The position numbers and the translations under genes are program-made. Below the pieces are notes generated by a model. It saw only the letters and a list, made by a program, of their open reading frames with translations. It did no database searches and was not told where the DNA came from. 64,000 bases of DNA. Source: Caecitellus pseudoparvulus (lineage: Eukaryota; Protista; Bigyra: Bicosoecida). How positions within the stretch are numbered: position 1 is the stretch's first letter; each line of letters opens with the position of its first letter. Shown piece by piece: positions 44,194 to 54,800 of the stretch. Location of the stretch: NCBI GenBank assembly GCA_965644315.1, contig CBFFRQ010000094.1, positions 186,001 through 250,000 on the forward strand, read 5' to 3'.

Positions 44194-45567
44194 TCAGCTG
44201 CCGCAGCCCGCCCGCCACATCACCATGGCACCCCGCCCCTGACGAGTGCTGGTGCCGCCCCACACGGCACACTTGGCCGGCTGCACAGCCACTTGCCCAG
44301 CGGCAAGTCGAGCCTGGAGTGGGATAGCTCGATGTCCAGTGAGGCCCAGCAGCTCACGAAGCACACCCAAATTCTCCATCGCGCATGCCCAGCGAAAGCC
44401 GTATTCTGGACCATCCCAACCCACAGCGTGAACATCCACTTCCCGATGGCCGCTCAGGGCCAGCAGCTCGCGAACCAGTTCCACGTGCCCATTCTGACAG
44501 GCCAGACCGAAGCCCTGGTCAGGCTCGCCCTCAGGCCCAGCATGCACGTCGACTTCACGATCACCTCTCAGCGCCAACAATTCACGCACCACATCCAGAT
44601 GTCCATTCTGACAGGCAGCTCGGAATCCAGTCTCTGGTTTGCCTTCGGGCCCTGTGTGGACATCCACAGCACGATCACCCTTCAACGCCAGCAGCTCGCG
44701 CAGCACATCCACATGCCCGTTCTGACAGGCAAGCCGGAACCCAGCCTCAGGCCCATTCCAGTCCTTTGCGTGAACATTCACTTCACGATGCCCACTGAGA
44801 GCCAAAAGCTCCCGGACCACGTGAACATGTCCATTTGCACATGCCCAACGAAATCCGGCTTCAGGTCTGCCCTCTGGCCCAGCATGGACATCCACCTCGC
44901 GAGCCCCAGTCAGAGCAAGCAGCTCACGCACAACCTCCAAGTGACCTCTGTCACATGCAGCCTCAAATCCGGCCTCGGGTCTAACCTGAGGCCCCCCGTG
45001 CACATTTACTTCACGCTGCCCTGTCAACGCCAACAGCTCTCGCACCACATCAGTGTGACCATTGTAGCAGGCAACCCGGAAGGCAGCCTCAGGCTTGCCC
45101 TCTGGCCCAGCGTGCACATCCACCGCGCGATCACCACCCAGCCCCAACAGCTCACGCACCACATCCAGGTGCCCGTACTCACATGCCCGACGGAAAGCGG
45201 CCTCAGGACCACCAGCGTCACCCATGCTTACGTTCACCTCCCGATCGCCGCCCAATGACACCAACTCACGCACCACACCCACGTGACCACACTCACACGC
45301 TGCCCACAGCCCCACACAGAATGTCCCCGTCATGTCCACATCCCGACCATCCGCCACGCCCAACAGCCCCCGCAACAACTCAACATCCCCAGCACCACAA
45401 GCCACAACAGCACCAGCACCAATGTCACTCCTACTCAACAACCCCATGCTCGACTGGGCCTCGACAGACGCCTCGCCCAGCAGCCCCAGCAGACGTCCTG
45501 TATCCTTGTCGCCACACGCTGCCCGCCAACGACCCAACCAACTGTCAGGGTCGCTGTCAACAGCCAT
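44194..45567 (-). CDS. Ankyrin-repeat family member ANK3 (type II, ~10 repeats, mostly 38-aa form)
   Basis: Start set at MAVDSDP (45567) by homology with ANK2; repeats carry GPEG-type 4-aa loop insertions. Confidence 0.85.
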   Translation of the reverse strand: MAVDSDPDSWLGRWRAACGDKDTGRLLGLLGEASVEAQSSMGLLSRSDIGAGAVVACGAGDVELLRGLLGVADGRDVDMTGTFCVGLWAACECGHVGVVRELVSLGGDREVNVSMGDAGGPEAAFRRACEYGHLDVVRELLGLGGDRAVDVHAGPEGKPEAAFRVACYNGHTDVVRELLALTGQREVNVHGGPQVRPEAGFEAACDRGHLEVVRELLALTGAREVDVHAGPEGRPEAGFRWACANGHVHVVRELLALSGHREVNVHAKDWNGPEAGFRLACQNGHVDVLRELLALKGDRAVDVHTGPEGKPETGFRAACQNGHLDVVRELLALRGDREVDVHAGPEGEPDQGFGLACQNGHVELVRELLALSGHREVDVHAVGWDGPEYGFRWACAMENLGVLRELLGLTGHRAIPLQARLAAGQVAVQPAKCAVWGGTSTRQGRGAMVMWRAGCGS

Positions 45568-45873
45568 GGCGTGGTGGCACCAGATTCCGCAACCTTGCTC
45601 AATCACTTCAGCCGCCCACCTCAAGTCCCGAGGTGCCACAGCGCGAACGTATGCCCAGAAACCAGTAAAACACGGAAGTATATATTTGCTGGAATTTGTG
45701 CTTTCAGTTGAAGTGGGGCCAACCGGTAGACTCGTGTCATTGCTCTCCCCACTGACCCCATCACACCATGCCAGGCTGGCCAACATACAACGTGGCAACC
45801 GCCGGCTCGCTATAACTTTACAGCTGCATTACAATGCCTCTCAGAGGCGCAGGTGCCACGAACAACCCTTCGC

Positions 45874-48800
45874 TCACTTGCGTTTCCGGGGGGTGCGGCG
45901 AGGGGCTGGTGCTGCCTTGGCTGCAAACATGTCTGAGAGCCGTGCCTGTTTCGTGCGGGCGGCTGGGACGGACGGAGCGCTGTCGCTTTGGACGGCTGGA
46001 GAGTGTTCAGCTGTGGTCGGAGAGGAGGGAGTGGCCCCTGCTGCCGACGCCAGGGCCCCCCTGCGGCTTGCCTTGGGGGGAGGGGGCGAAGGGGAGCCTT
46101 TGGTGCTGCGTGCTCGCTTTCGGCCCGATGGGGCTGCGCTAGTGCCCTTGGAGGGGGCTGTGCCTGCACCTTTGGACGGTGCTGTGCCTGCACCCTTGGA
46201 CGGCGCTGCGCCTGCACTCTTGGAGGGGGCTGCGCCTGCACTCTTGGACGGCGCTGCGCCTGCACTCTTGGACGGCACTGCGCCTGCACTCTTGGACGGC
46301 GCTGCGCCTGCACTCTTGGAGGGGGCTGCGCCTGCACTCTTGGACGGCGCTGCGCCTGCACTCTTGGACGGCGCTGCGCCTGCACTCTTGAAGGGGGTTG
46401 CACCTGCACCTTTGGAGGGTGCTGCGCCTGCACTCTTGGAGGGCGCTGCGCCTGCACTCTTGGACGGCGCTGCGCCTGCACTCTTGGAGGGGGTTGCACT
46501 GGCATCCTTTCCCCCCCCTTTGTCCACTCTCGCGCGTTTCGTGGCAGGTGCGGGTGGCTCGTGCACACGCTGCCTCCAAAACTCCCGTGCGGCTTGTGCG
46601 TGTTCGGGGTGTTTGCGCATGTTCTCAGCAAGTGCTTCCCACACGGGCGGAGGTGGGCAGGCGAAGCCAGTGCCAAGGTAGCCGGGCAAGTCGCTGGCCC
46701 TGGCGTGGGGTGGTTTGCGGGGGGTGGGCGCACCAGGCACGGGGATGGGCCCAGTGCCACGCTTAGCTGCACGGCCGCCCTTGAGGCCTCCCCCTTCTCC
46801 TCCCTGCACAGCCGTGTACAGGGGGGGTAGGGCAGTGCCCACCCCCCCCCCTGCCGCACCCACCTTTGCCCACAAGATGCCTCGTGGGTACAGGGGGGGG
46901 AGGTGTGCTGGGGGGCAGGGAGGGGGGTCGCCCCCCCCCTCCTCCACCACCGCATCCCCCCTCGAGTATCCCCAGTGAGAGTACAGCCCCGTGTGTGGTG
47001 CCAGGAGCGGCTCACACCAGGGGCACGACCAGTCCTGCTCAATGTTCAGCAACGCACCAGATGTCTCCAGAGCGTACCACTCGCCGTCCAAGGCATCCCG
47101 TGACTGCCCTGGCTGCAGCAGACCTGCCTCTTGCAGCTGCCTGTCAGGCGCCAGCTGCAGCCCCACACAGCCAAAGTGGAACCACTGCTCGCACCACACA
47201 CACAGCAGCATGGGGGAGGAATCAGCTGTGTAGGTGGCTTGGCACACGCAGTGCAGGGCATTGGGGTCCTCCGTCTCGGCAGCTTCCTCGTGTGTTCCGC
47301 CTTTGCCGTCGGAATGCAGAACAACGTCGGTGTCCCCCGCGCCGCCGCCCAGCGCCCGCAACGCATCAAGCCCGGGTGCTGTCTGTTCGTAACGCACGAC
47401 GAGAGCCGTGTGCGTGCCTTCGGCGCACTTGGCCGGGACGAAGGGCAGCAGGTCGCTGCCGCCGATGCGGGTCGCAGGCAGGATGTTGCTCTGGGCAGCA
47501 CACCACAGCCCCGCGCCCAGCACGAGGTCGTTGGCGGATGTGCGCTGGGTCGCAGCGACCAGGTGAGCGGGGGGCGGAACACCTGCTGTCGGCAGCAGCC
47601 GGATGGCTCCATCAGCTTCAGCGCGCCACACTGCCTGCCTGTGGTCGTATCCGAACGCATCACGCCCCAGGAACTCCGCTCCACCCACACCGGGCACAGG
47701 CGCGGCCAGAACACCCGGGAGGCGTTGCAGAACGTCGCCTTTCGGAACACTCTCCACTCGGTGGCGCAGCCAGGCTGGGGCGCCGCCTGCAGCCCGAACA
47801 GCGGCGGTGTTCGGCGCTGACCCGCCCTCCCCCGCACCAGAGGCACGCCGACTGGACAGGTGCACCTTGCCTGGGCCGGCGTAAGTGCCGAGGGCCAAGG
47901 CGCGATCTCGAAGATCGCGCAGGAGGGCGGCAGTGCCATCTGGCAGGATGGGCGTGGAGCCAGCTTTGCCGGCGGCCACCTGGCTGGCCCATGCGACACG
48001 CCTGCGGTGGGGTGCGCCGCGTAATACGGCTGCGAGGGCGGGGCTCAAGGCAGCAGAGGCGGCCAGTCGCCAAGCACCACCCACTGCCAACGCATCACAT
48101 CTGGACAATGCGGCGAGGGCAGGGGCGGTGGGGCCCACCAAGAGGAGGTCACTGCCGCCCCGTAGGGGTGTGTAGGGGGGGGTGTCCACCCCCTCGGCTG
48201 CCTCACGTAGCTTCGCGGCGTGGGCAGCCCACTTGGAGGTGGAGGTGGGGGATAGGGGGGCCCCGAGGGGGGCTTCGGAGGGAGCCACGAGGGGGGCTTC
48301 GGAGGTGTCTGCGGTGGGCGGGGTCGCGGCACGCACGGCAAGGGCCTCCCCGGGAGGGGACGCAGGGGGGGTTGCCGGCGCCTGCCCACCCCCCCCCGCC
48401 AGCCCCTTCAGCCACGCCACCCGCCCCTTCAAACGCACCCTCAGGCTGGGGGGCACATGCCGCAGGTGCACCCCTGGCATCAGGGTGGCGAGCTTTTGTC
48501 GTGTGGCTGGGTCCAGGTCTTCGTCTGCTGCGGAGGGGGGGGGAGGGGGGGGTGCGACACCCCTGCTCCCTGCGCCCGCCGTGGCAAGACTGGCCACTGA
48601 CTCCCCTGCCAGACGCCGGGCGAGAACATTCCGTGCAATGTCCAGGCGCCAGTCACCCCCCCCCGACAGGCCTGCCACCGCCGTCAGCGTCTGCGGGTAT
48701 CGCGCCACCAGGCCCCGCATGCCCGACCCATCATCGTCGTCCGACTCGGGATCGGACATGTCTGACCCTGGCTCCACCCCTGCTTCCCGCAGCTGGCGCC

Positions 48801-51800
48801 GTTTGGCTTTGCGCCGCTGCACTTGGCGATTGCGCCGGGCCCGGGTAGCTGCTCGCCGGGCGCTGCGGAGTTGTGCGTCCATGGACGGAGCTTTGCGGAG
48901 TTTTTGTGACTCATCGGGGTCCTCGGCACTCATGGGCCGGCAGTGAGGGCAGAACAGGAGCAGGGGAGGCGGAACACCGTGTTCCGCCTCCTTGACGAAA
49001 CGCCGCGTCAACTCCGACGTGGGCGCACCAGCAGGCGCCACCGCCACACTGTGTGCGTGCAGCGCTGCGAGGGGGGGGCTGCCACCCCCCCCTTCCGTCA
49101 GCAGTGCCACGGCTGTGGGGCAGGTGATGTGGGAGCTGCAGCGCAGGGCTTCTGCGAGGGTGGCCTCGGTGGGGGGTGGCTCCGTAATACGCAGCTTCTG
49201 GGGCGGGGAGACCCCTGGGGTGCGGGGAGTGGCGCCGGGCCCCCCTTCACCCCCCTCCTCCTCATCCTCCTCACCCCCCCCCTCGCTGTCACTGTCACCA
49301 GCGCCACCCCCCCCTCCACCCCCCTGGCCCACCAGAGCCGCACACCGGGCGACCTCGTACTGTGCGACCTGCCGCCACACGCCGACGGTCGCAGGGCCAG
49401 CGACCGCGAGTCCCCGTCGCACAGCACACGTGATGTGCACGTGATGCGCACACGATGGCACGCCACACGGCACCGTCACGCCACCACACCCACCACAGAC
49501 ACTGCACTTGTGCCGCCCTGCCAGCTGTGCGAACCACCCCGTGCCGCCACCAGACAGCAGGCCCACGATGGGGCTCATGCTGGGGGTGTGGGGGAGGTGC
49601 AGGGGACAGGGGGTGATGAGGGGGGCGGGCTCATCGGCCCCTGAGCCAGGCGGCTTGGGAGGCGGGAACACAGCCCGAGCGTTGGTGAGGGCCAGGGGGG
49701 GGGCGGAGCCGCCTCCGCCGCTGGGGCCGCCGCCGAACATCACCTCCACATCAGGCGCATTCTTGGTCAAATTCTGCCACATGCCCCGCTCCCGCAGGCG
49801 TGCCGCCGGCCCGTCCAGCAGCCCCAGCCCCCGCACACACAACACGTGGCACCAGACCCGCTCAGGCTTGCCTTGCGGGGGCGTGGCGCCATCGTGCCCG
49901 CGGCAAAGGTCGGGTGGGCCCACCTCGAAGGCCTTCATGGCGCCACCCGCCCGCCCACACAGAACACATGGTACGTGCAGAGACGTATGGGCGGCCCGTG
50001 CGGCTGCCTCGCCGCCGCCCGCGGAACACGTGTCACAGAACCAGTCCCCCTCTGGGATGGCAGTGACTCCGAAACATGTCTGGTGCACCGCCAGGTTGCA
50101 GCTCTCGCAGAAGACGATCTGGTTGCCAGGCGTGCTCTCACCGCCCCCACACACCGCACACACCGCGTCCAAATCCTCATCCGCCTGCATCTGGGCCAGC
50201 AGCCGCTGCGCCGCGCGCCGACGCGCACTCTGGGCCCACCGGTGCCACAAACGTTGCTTGCGGTGTCGCCGGCTCGCAGTGCGTTCGCGCTGCGTGACTT
50301 CTCGCTGCACACTGGCGGCCACACGCCACATGCGGGCAGTGTTCTTGCCCATCAAGGAACACAGCTCCTCCTGGGCTTCGCGCAGGGCGGCGAGGACGGT
50401 GCCAGGGGCAGCGTCGTCGGCGTCTGCGACCTGCTCCGACGCCGCGCCCCCTCGTGGTCGCAGCACGGCGTAGAAATCGTACGCCTTCAAGTCTTGGTAA
50501 AGCGGGAAGTACTGGCCCCCGCCAGACGCTGCCAGCACCGCAGACAGGGCGGCAGCACTGACGCCCCCGCCAGTGTCAGTCGACAGTGCTGTGTCCGGGG
50601 CGTTTCCGCCGCCACGCCCAGTTTTGCGTGCGACGGCGGCGGCAGCGCACTGGCGCACGGCAGGGGCGGTGCAGCCAGTCGGAACAGACATACCAAGAAC
50701 GTCCATGTAGAACGGCACGGCAGAGGGCGTGCTGTCCACCACGGCCGCCGCGATGCCGACGGTGGCGGCATGTCGCATGGCGAGCGCGACCAGCAGCCAC
50801 CCCGTGCGGGGCTCGCTGCCAGGGTTCACTTCGGCGCGCGCAGCCTGAGTCAGGGCAGTGGGGTGCCACGCGGCGCTGTCGTGGCGCCAGCTCATGTCCA
50901 CTGGCTCCACGACGGCGCCGCGTCGGCGACTGCGACCTCGACGCGCCGCTGCGACCGCCTCGGAGTTCTGCAGCGCGCCGGCGGCGGTGCGGCTGGGCAC
51001 GGACCGGGCGGCGGACGAGTCAGGCACTTGGTCCGGAGTCAGGCCCACGGTCGGAACACCAGGCGGAACATCTGCGGTGCGGTCCATGAGGTCTCGGTGT
51101 GTGGCAGGTTTCACCGCCTGCAGAGTGCTGATGTACACGACTTTCTGGGGTGGGCCGCGCTTGCCAGTGGCTGCGTCGGGGGGCGGCGTGTACCACATGA
51201 AGTAGTAGTTCACATACCCCACGACATGCCCCCCCCGCAGGGCCATGAGGGAGAATTCGTTCTTGGTGCTGGTGCTGTTCTCGTAGTCCCCCACACACGA
51301 AAACGCCTCGTTCACGCGGTTCACGGCGTGCAGCGCAGTTGCGCAGCGCCGATTGTGAGCGGCGAACTCAAAGGTCGTGTCGGAACACACCCCGCCCGCC
51401 TGGGCACTGGCCACCAGCCCCAGCACTGGCAAGTACATGTCCAGGCTCGGTTCGTGCGTTGTGCGCAGGTGGCGGAAGTCAGCCCCCTCCCCCCACCCCG
51501 CAAACGCAGCAGCGGGAAACGCCGCCCCCGCGTCAGGAGGCGCACCCTGCGCAGCGAGAACACCGTGCCCTGTGGGGCGGCGAGGGGCCAGGCACCCCCA
51601 CAGTGTTCCGGGGTGGTCGTAGGCCAGTGCACCTCGCAGGGCAGTCAGCACACCGCTGGTGCCGGAGCGTGCCTCTGCGGATAGTTTATCCGCCAGCTCC
51701 CTCGCCGAGCGCCGGGCCGCACGCGTCACAGCCAGCGCAGACACGCCACCTTCGCCGGAAGCGCCACCCAGAACACCAGCCGGCTGTCCCAGTGCCAGGG

Positions 51801-54800
51801 CCAGTGCGACGTCTGCATCCCCCCACACCTCCCGCCAGTGCTTGCCCAGGGGGGGCACCCAGAAGGCGGGGTCCCCTTGCCGCGGCGTGTGGCGTGCGGA
51901 AATTGCCTTCACCCCCGACACCCGTCGTTCCATCACCACCGCAGCAAAGGCATTGGATGTGCCCCAGTGAGCAGGGGTGTCGGAGGGGGGTGCTGCCAGG
52001 CTCCGAGCGGCGACCCCCCCTCGCGCGGCGATGCCTGCTGCGACATGCCGCGCGAACGGCGCCCCACACGCTGACGGTCGCTCGTCGAACACAGCCGTGT
52101 CCAGGGCCGCCTCTGCGACGGAGCCACGGCCAGTGGGCGGCATGGAGCTCAGCGCGATGCTGTTGGGCGGCAGGCAGCCGGGTCGCGTCGCGGGCTTGGC
52201 GGACGCGGCAGGTTTGCCCACTGCCGCCAACGCCGCCTCGCCCACTGTCCGGCGCACGTACCGTTGGAGGGCGGAGGGGGGTGGCGCCACCCCCCCACTG
52301 CCCCCCTCACTGCGTTCTACAGCAGCGTAGTCCACGCCGTGCCACTCTGCCTCCAGGCGCCGCAGCATCCACTCCACGGCGTCGCGCACTTCGGGGTGCA
52401 CGCCCGTCGCAGAGCAGGTCGCAGGCTGGGTCGCAGGCTGGGTCGCAGGGTCCGACGGCGGCGGCGCCCCGGTACCGCCACACACACCCCCCCCTCCGCA
52501 CGGTACCAGCCGCATGCCACTGCCCAAGACCCGCCCGCCACCACTGGTGTGGTACATCAACGCCCGATCACGGGCGCCGGGCGGCGGCGGGCTGGGCAGG
52601 GGGAACGCCCGCCCCCACCACCGAACGGCTGTTCCGTGCGTGGGGGCTGTGGGGTGTTCCGACAACCAGCCCTCGGGAGGGGGGGTCGGCCACCCCCCCC
52701 CCTTGGCGGCACCACTGCCCCCACTTCGTGTGACGGGGGTGGAGGGGGGGGGCGCATCTGCTGATGGGGCGTTGCTGCCACCCTGCTCTTCCGCCGCAGG
52801 CTGTAACTCCCACCCTGAGGCGGTGGGCCCATCCCCCATCAGGGGGGCATCAAGGAGGGTGTCAGCCCCCCCCCACCGCCACCCTGACCCCCCCTCCGCG
52901 CCCACGCCGGCACCCGGCCGCGTCACGGCGAGCTGACTCAGTGACTCTGCCTCTGGCAACGCAGCATCCAACGCAGCGGCCAGGCGCCGGCCCTCTCCCC
53001 CCGTCACAGGCACGATGCTGGTCACGTGTGCGATGGTGGATGTCGCAGCGGCAGTGGGCACCACTGGCAGGCTGGACGTCGCTCCCGGCCAGTGGCGGAA
53101 GGGCAGACGACTGCGCGCCAGACAAGCCATGGTGCCCAGCCCCACCCGCACGAAAAACGCCTCCAGCGCAGGCCACGCTTCACACGCCTGACGCACGACG
53201 AAGGCGGCGCTGTGGGCAGCCTTGGCCCGCGCGGTGGTCGCGGCGTCACGTGCGACCTGCCAGGCGGCTTCCGCGGCAGCGTCGCCCCGGGCGCCACCCA
53301 ACGCGCGGGCGGCCGCGAGGTCGCGGGACAGGCGTTGCGTAATACGCGAATGTTCGTCAGACTCGTACGGATGCACTGTGAGCGTCGCCTGCTTATCACC
53401 GGGGCGCCCCCCCCCTCGTGCGTTGTACGCGGCCACGCCCCGGGCCTGCAACGCAGCACAACACTGGTACAGGGCGACAGGGTCCCCCCCCCACTGCACC
53501 ACACCCCCTTCATCCCCCCCCTATGTCCACAAACCCAGATACCTGCAGCGCAGCAGCCTCCAGCGCGGCAGCCGCGGCGCCATCCTTGCCGGAAGCGGAC
53601 CCCCCCCCTCGCCCCCCCTCCTCCTCCTCCTCCTCATCTGAAGCGGAGGCCGTGTCATCCTCACTCGGAACATCGCTGTTCCAGCCGTCACTGTCAGCTG
53701 CCAGCACATCATCAAAGGGCCCACCACCCCCCTCCCCTCCGCCAGACTTCTGCTCGGCGCCGGGTGGCCCGGTGTTCTCAGTCGGAACACCCGCGTCCCC
53801 GGGGGGCCCTGCACCGAGACGGGGGCCCCCCCTCGCCGCCCGGCGCTGGGAAGCCGCTTGCAGTCGGTGCAGAAACTTCAACACAGTGCGCCGTCGACGC
53901 ACCATGAGTCGCTGGCTGCTTGCATGGCGACGAGCTGCGGCAGCGACGGGGTCGTCCAGGTCGCGCTGCGACGAGCTGCCACTGCCCAGGCGCGCTGCCG
54001 CACGTCGGCGGTCGCGGCGACGTGCTGCTGCTTCCCGTCGCAGCAGTCGATGCAGCGGGTGGCTGTGCTGGGTGGGGGGGCGGGGGTCGTGCTGAGGATT
54101 GGCGCAGTACAACGCGAAGTGCCCCCCCAGTGACATGTTGGTGGGGTTCACCCACTCCCACCGCATGCACTGCCCCGCTGCCTGTGCACAAGTGACGTGG
54201 AACGCCATGGAACAGCCGGGAGCGACACACTGCACGGGGAGGCCGCCGGGGGTTTTGCACAACTTGCACTTCAACTTCCACCTTCGCGCATCTACTTGCT
54301 CCAAACCTGACACCGGCGTCAAGTTGGGCGTGTCGAAGCACAGCTCAGGCGTGTACAGCGCGCACTGCACGTGCACGAAGTGGCGAGGGGGGGGGCCACG
54401 TCCGTGAGGGGGGGCCACGGCAGTGCAGGAGGGGGGGTGGCCTGGGGGAGGACAAGGGAGGTGTGGACTGACATACCCTGCGATGCTGTGGGCTGTGGCG
54501 GCCGTGGCGGGGGCGGCGCGCGGTGCGATGCCGGCGCACAGAGCCGCAATTTCCGCACGAGTTTTCCCGGAAATGTCCATGTCCAGCCGCACTACCTGCC
54601 CACTGCGAGTGACGCTGGTCCACTGCACGTCCCCACCCCCCGTCACCCCCGTCGCCCAGGGCAGTGGGGCGCCAGAGGGGGGGGGCTCCACACCGCCACT
54701 GCCCCCCTCATCACCCTCACGCAGCCTGCGCTTCGTGCCGCCAAGGGATGGTCTCGGCACACTGCTGTCGCCTTGTCCTTGCACTGCCTCGAACACAGCA

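Noticed and set aside
46126-46509. 24-bp repeat array as CRISPR
   Set aside because: Units are contiguous with no unique spacers, are in frame within a CDS, and there are no cas genes.
15800-51684. Long antisense/alternate-frame ORFs (e.g. 15800..17491, 23619..25337, 46866..48848, 49846..51684)
   Set aside because: Shadow ORFs expected at high GC; no motifs, and they overlap well-supported genes.
53503-53545. Two separate genes or a frameshift between ORFs 53510..56284 and 45874..53502
   Set aside because: A canonical 97-nt phase-0 intron (53446-53542) joins them in frame.
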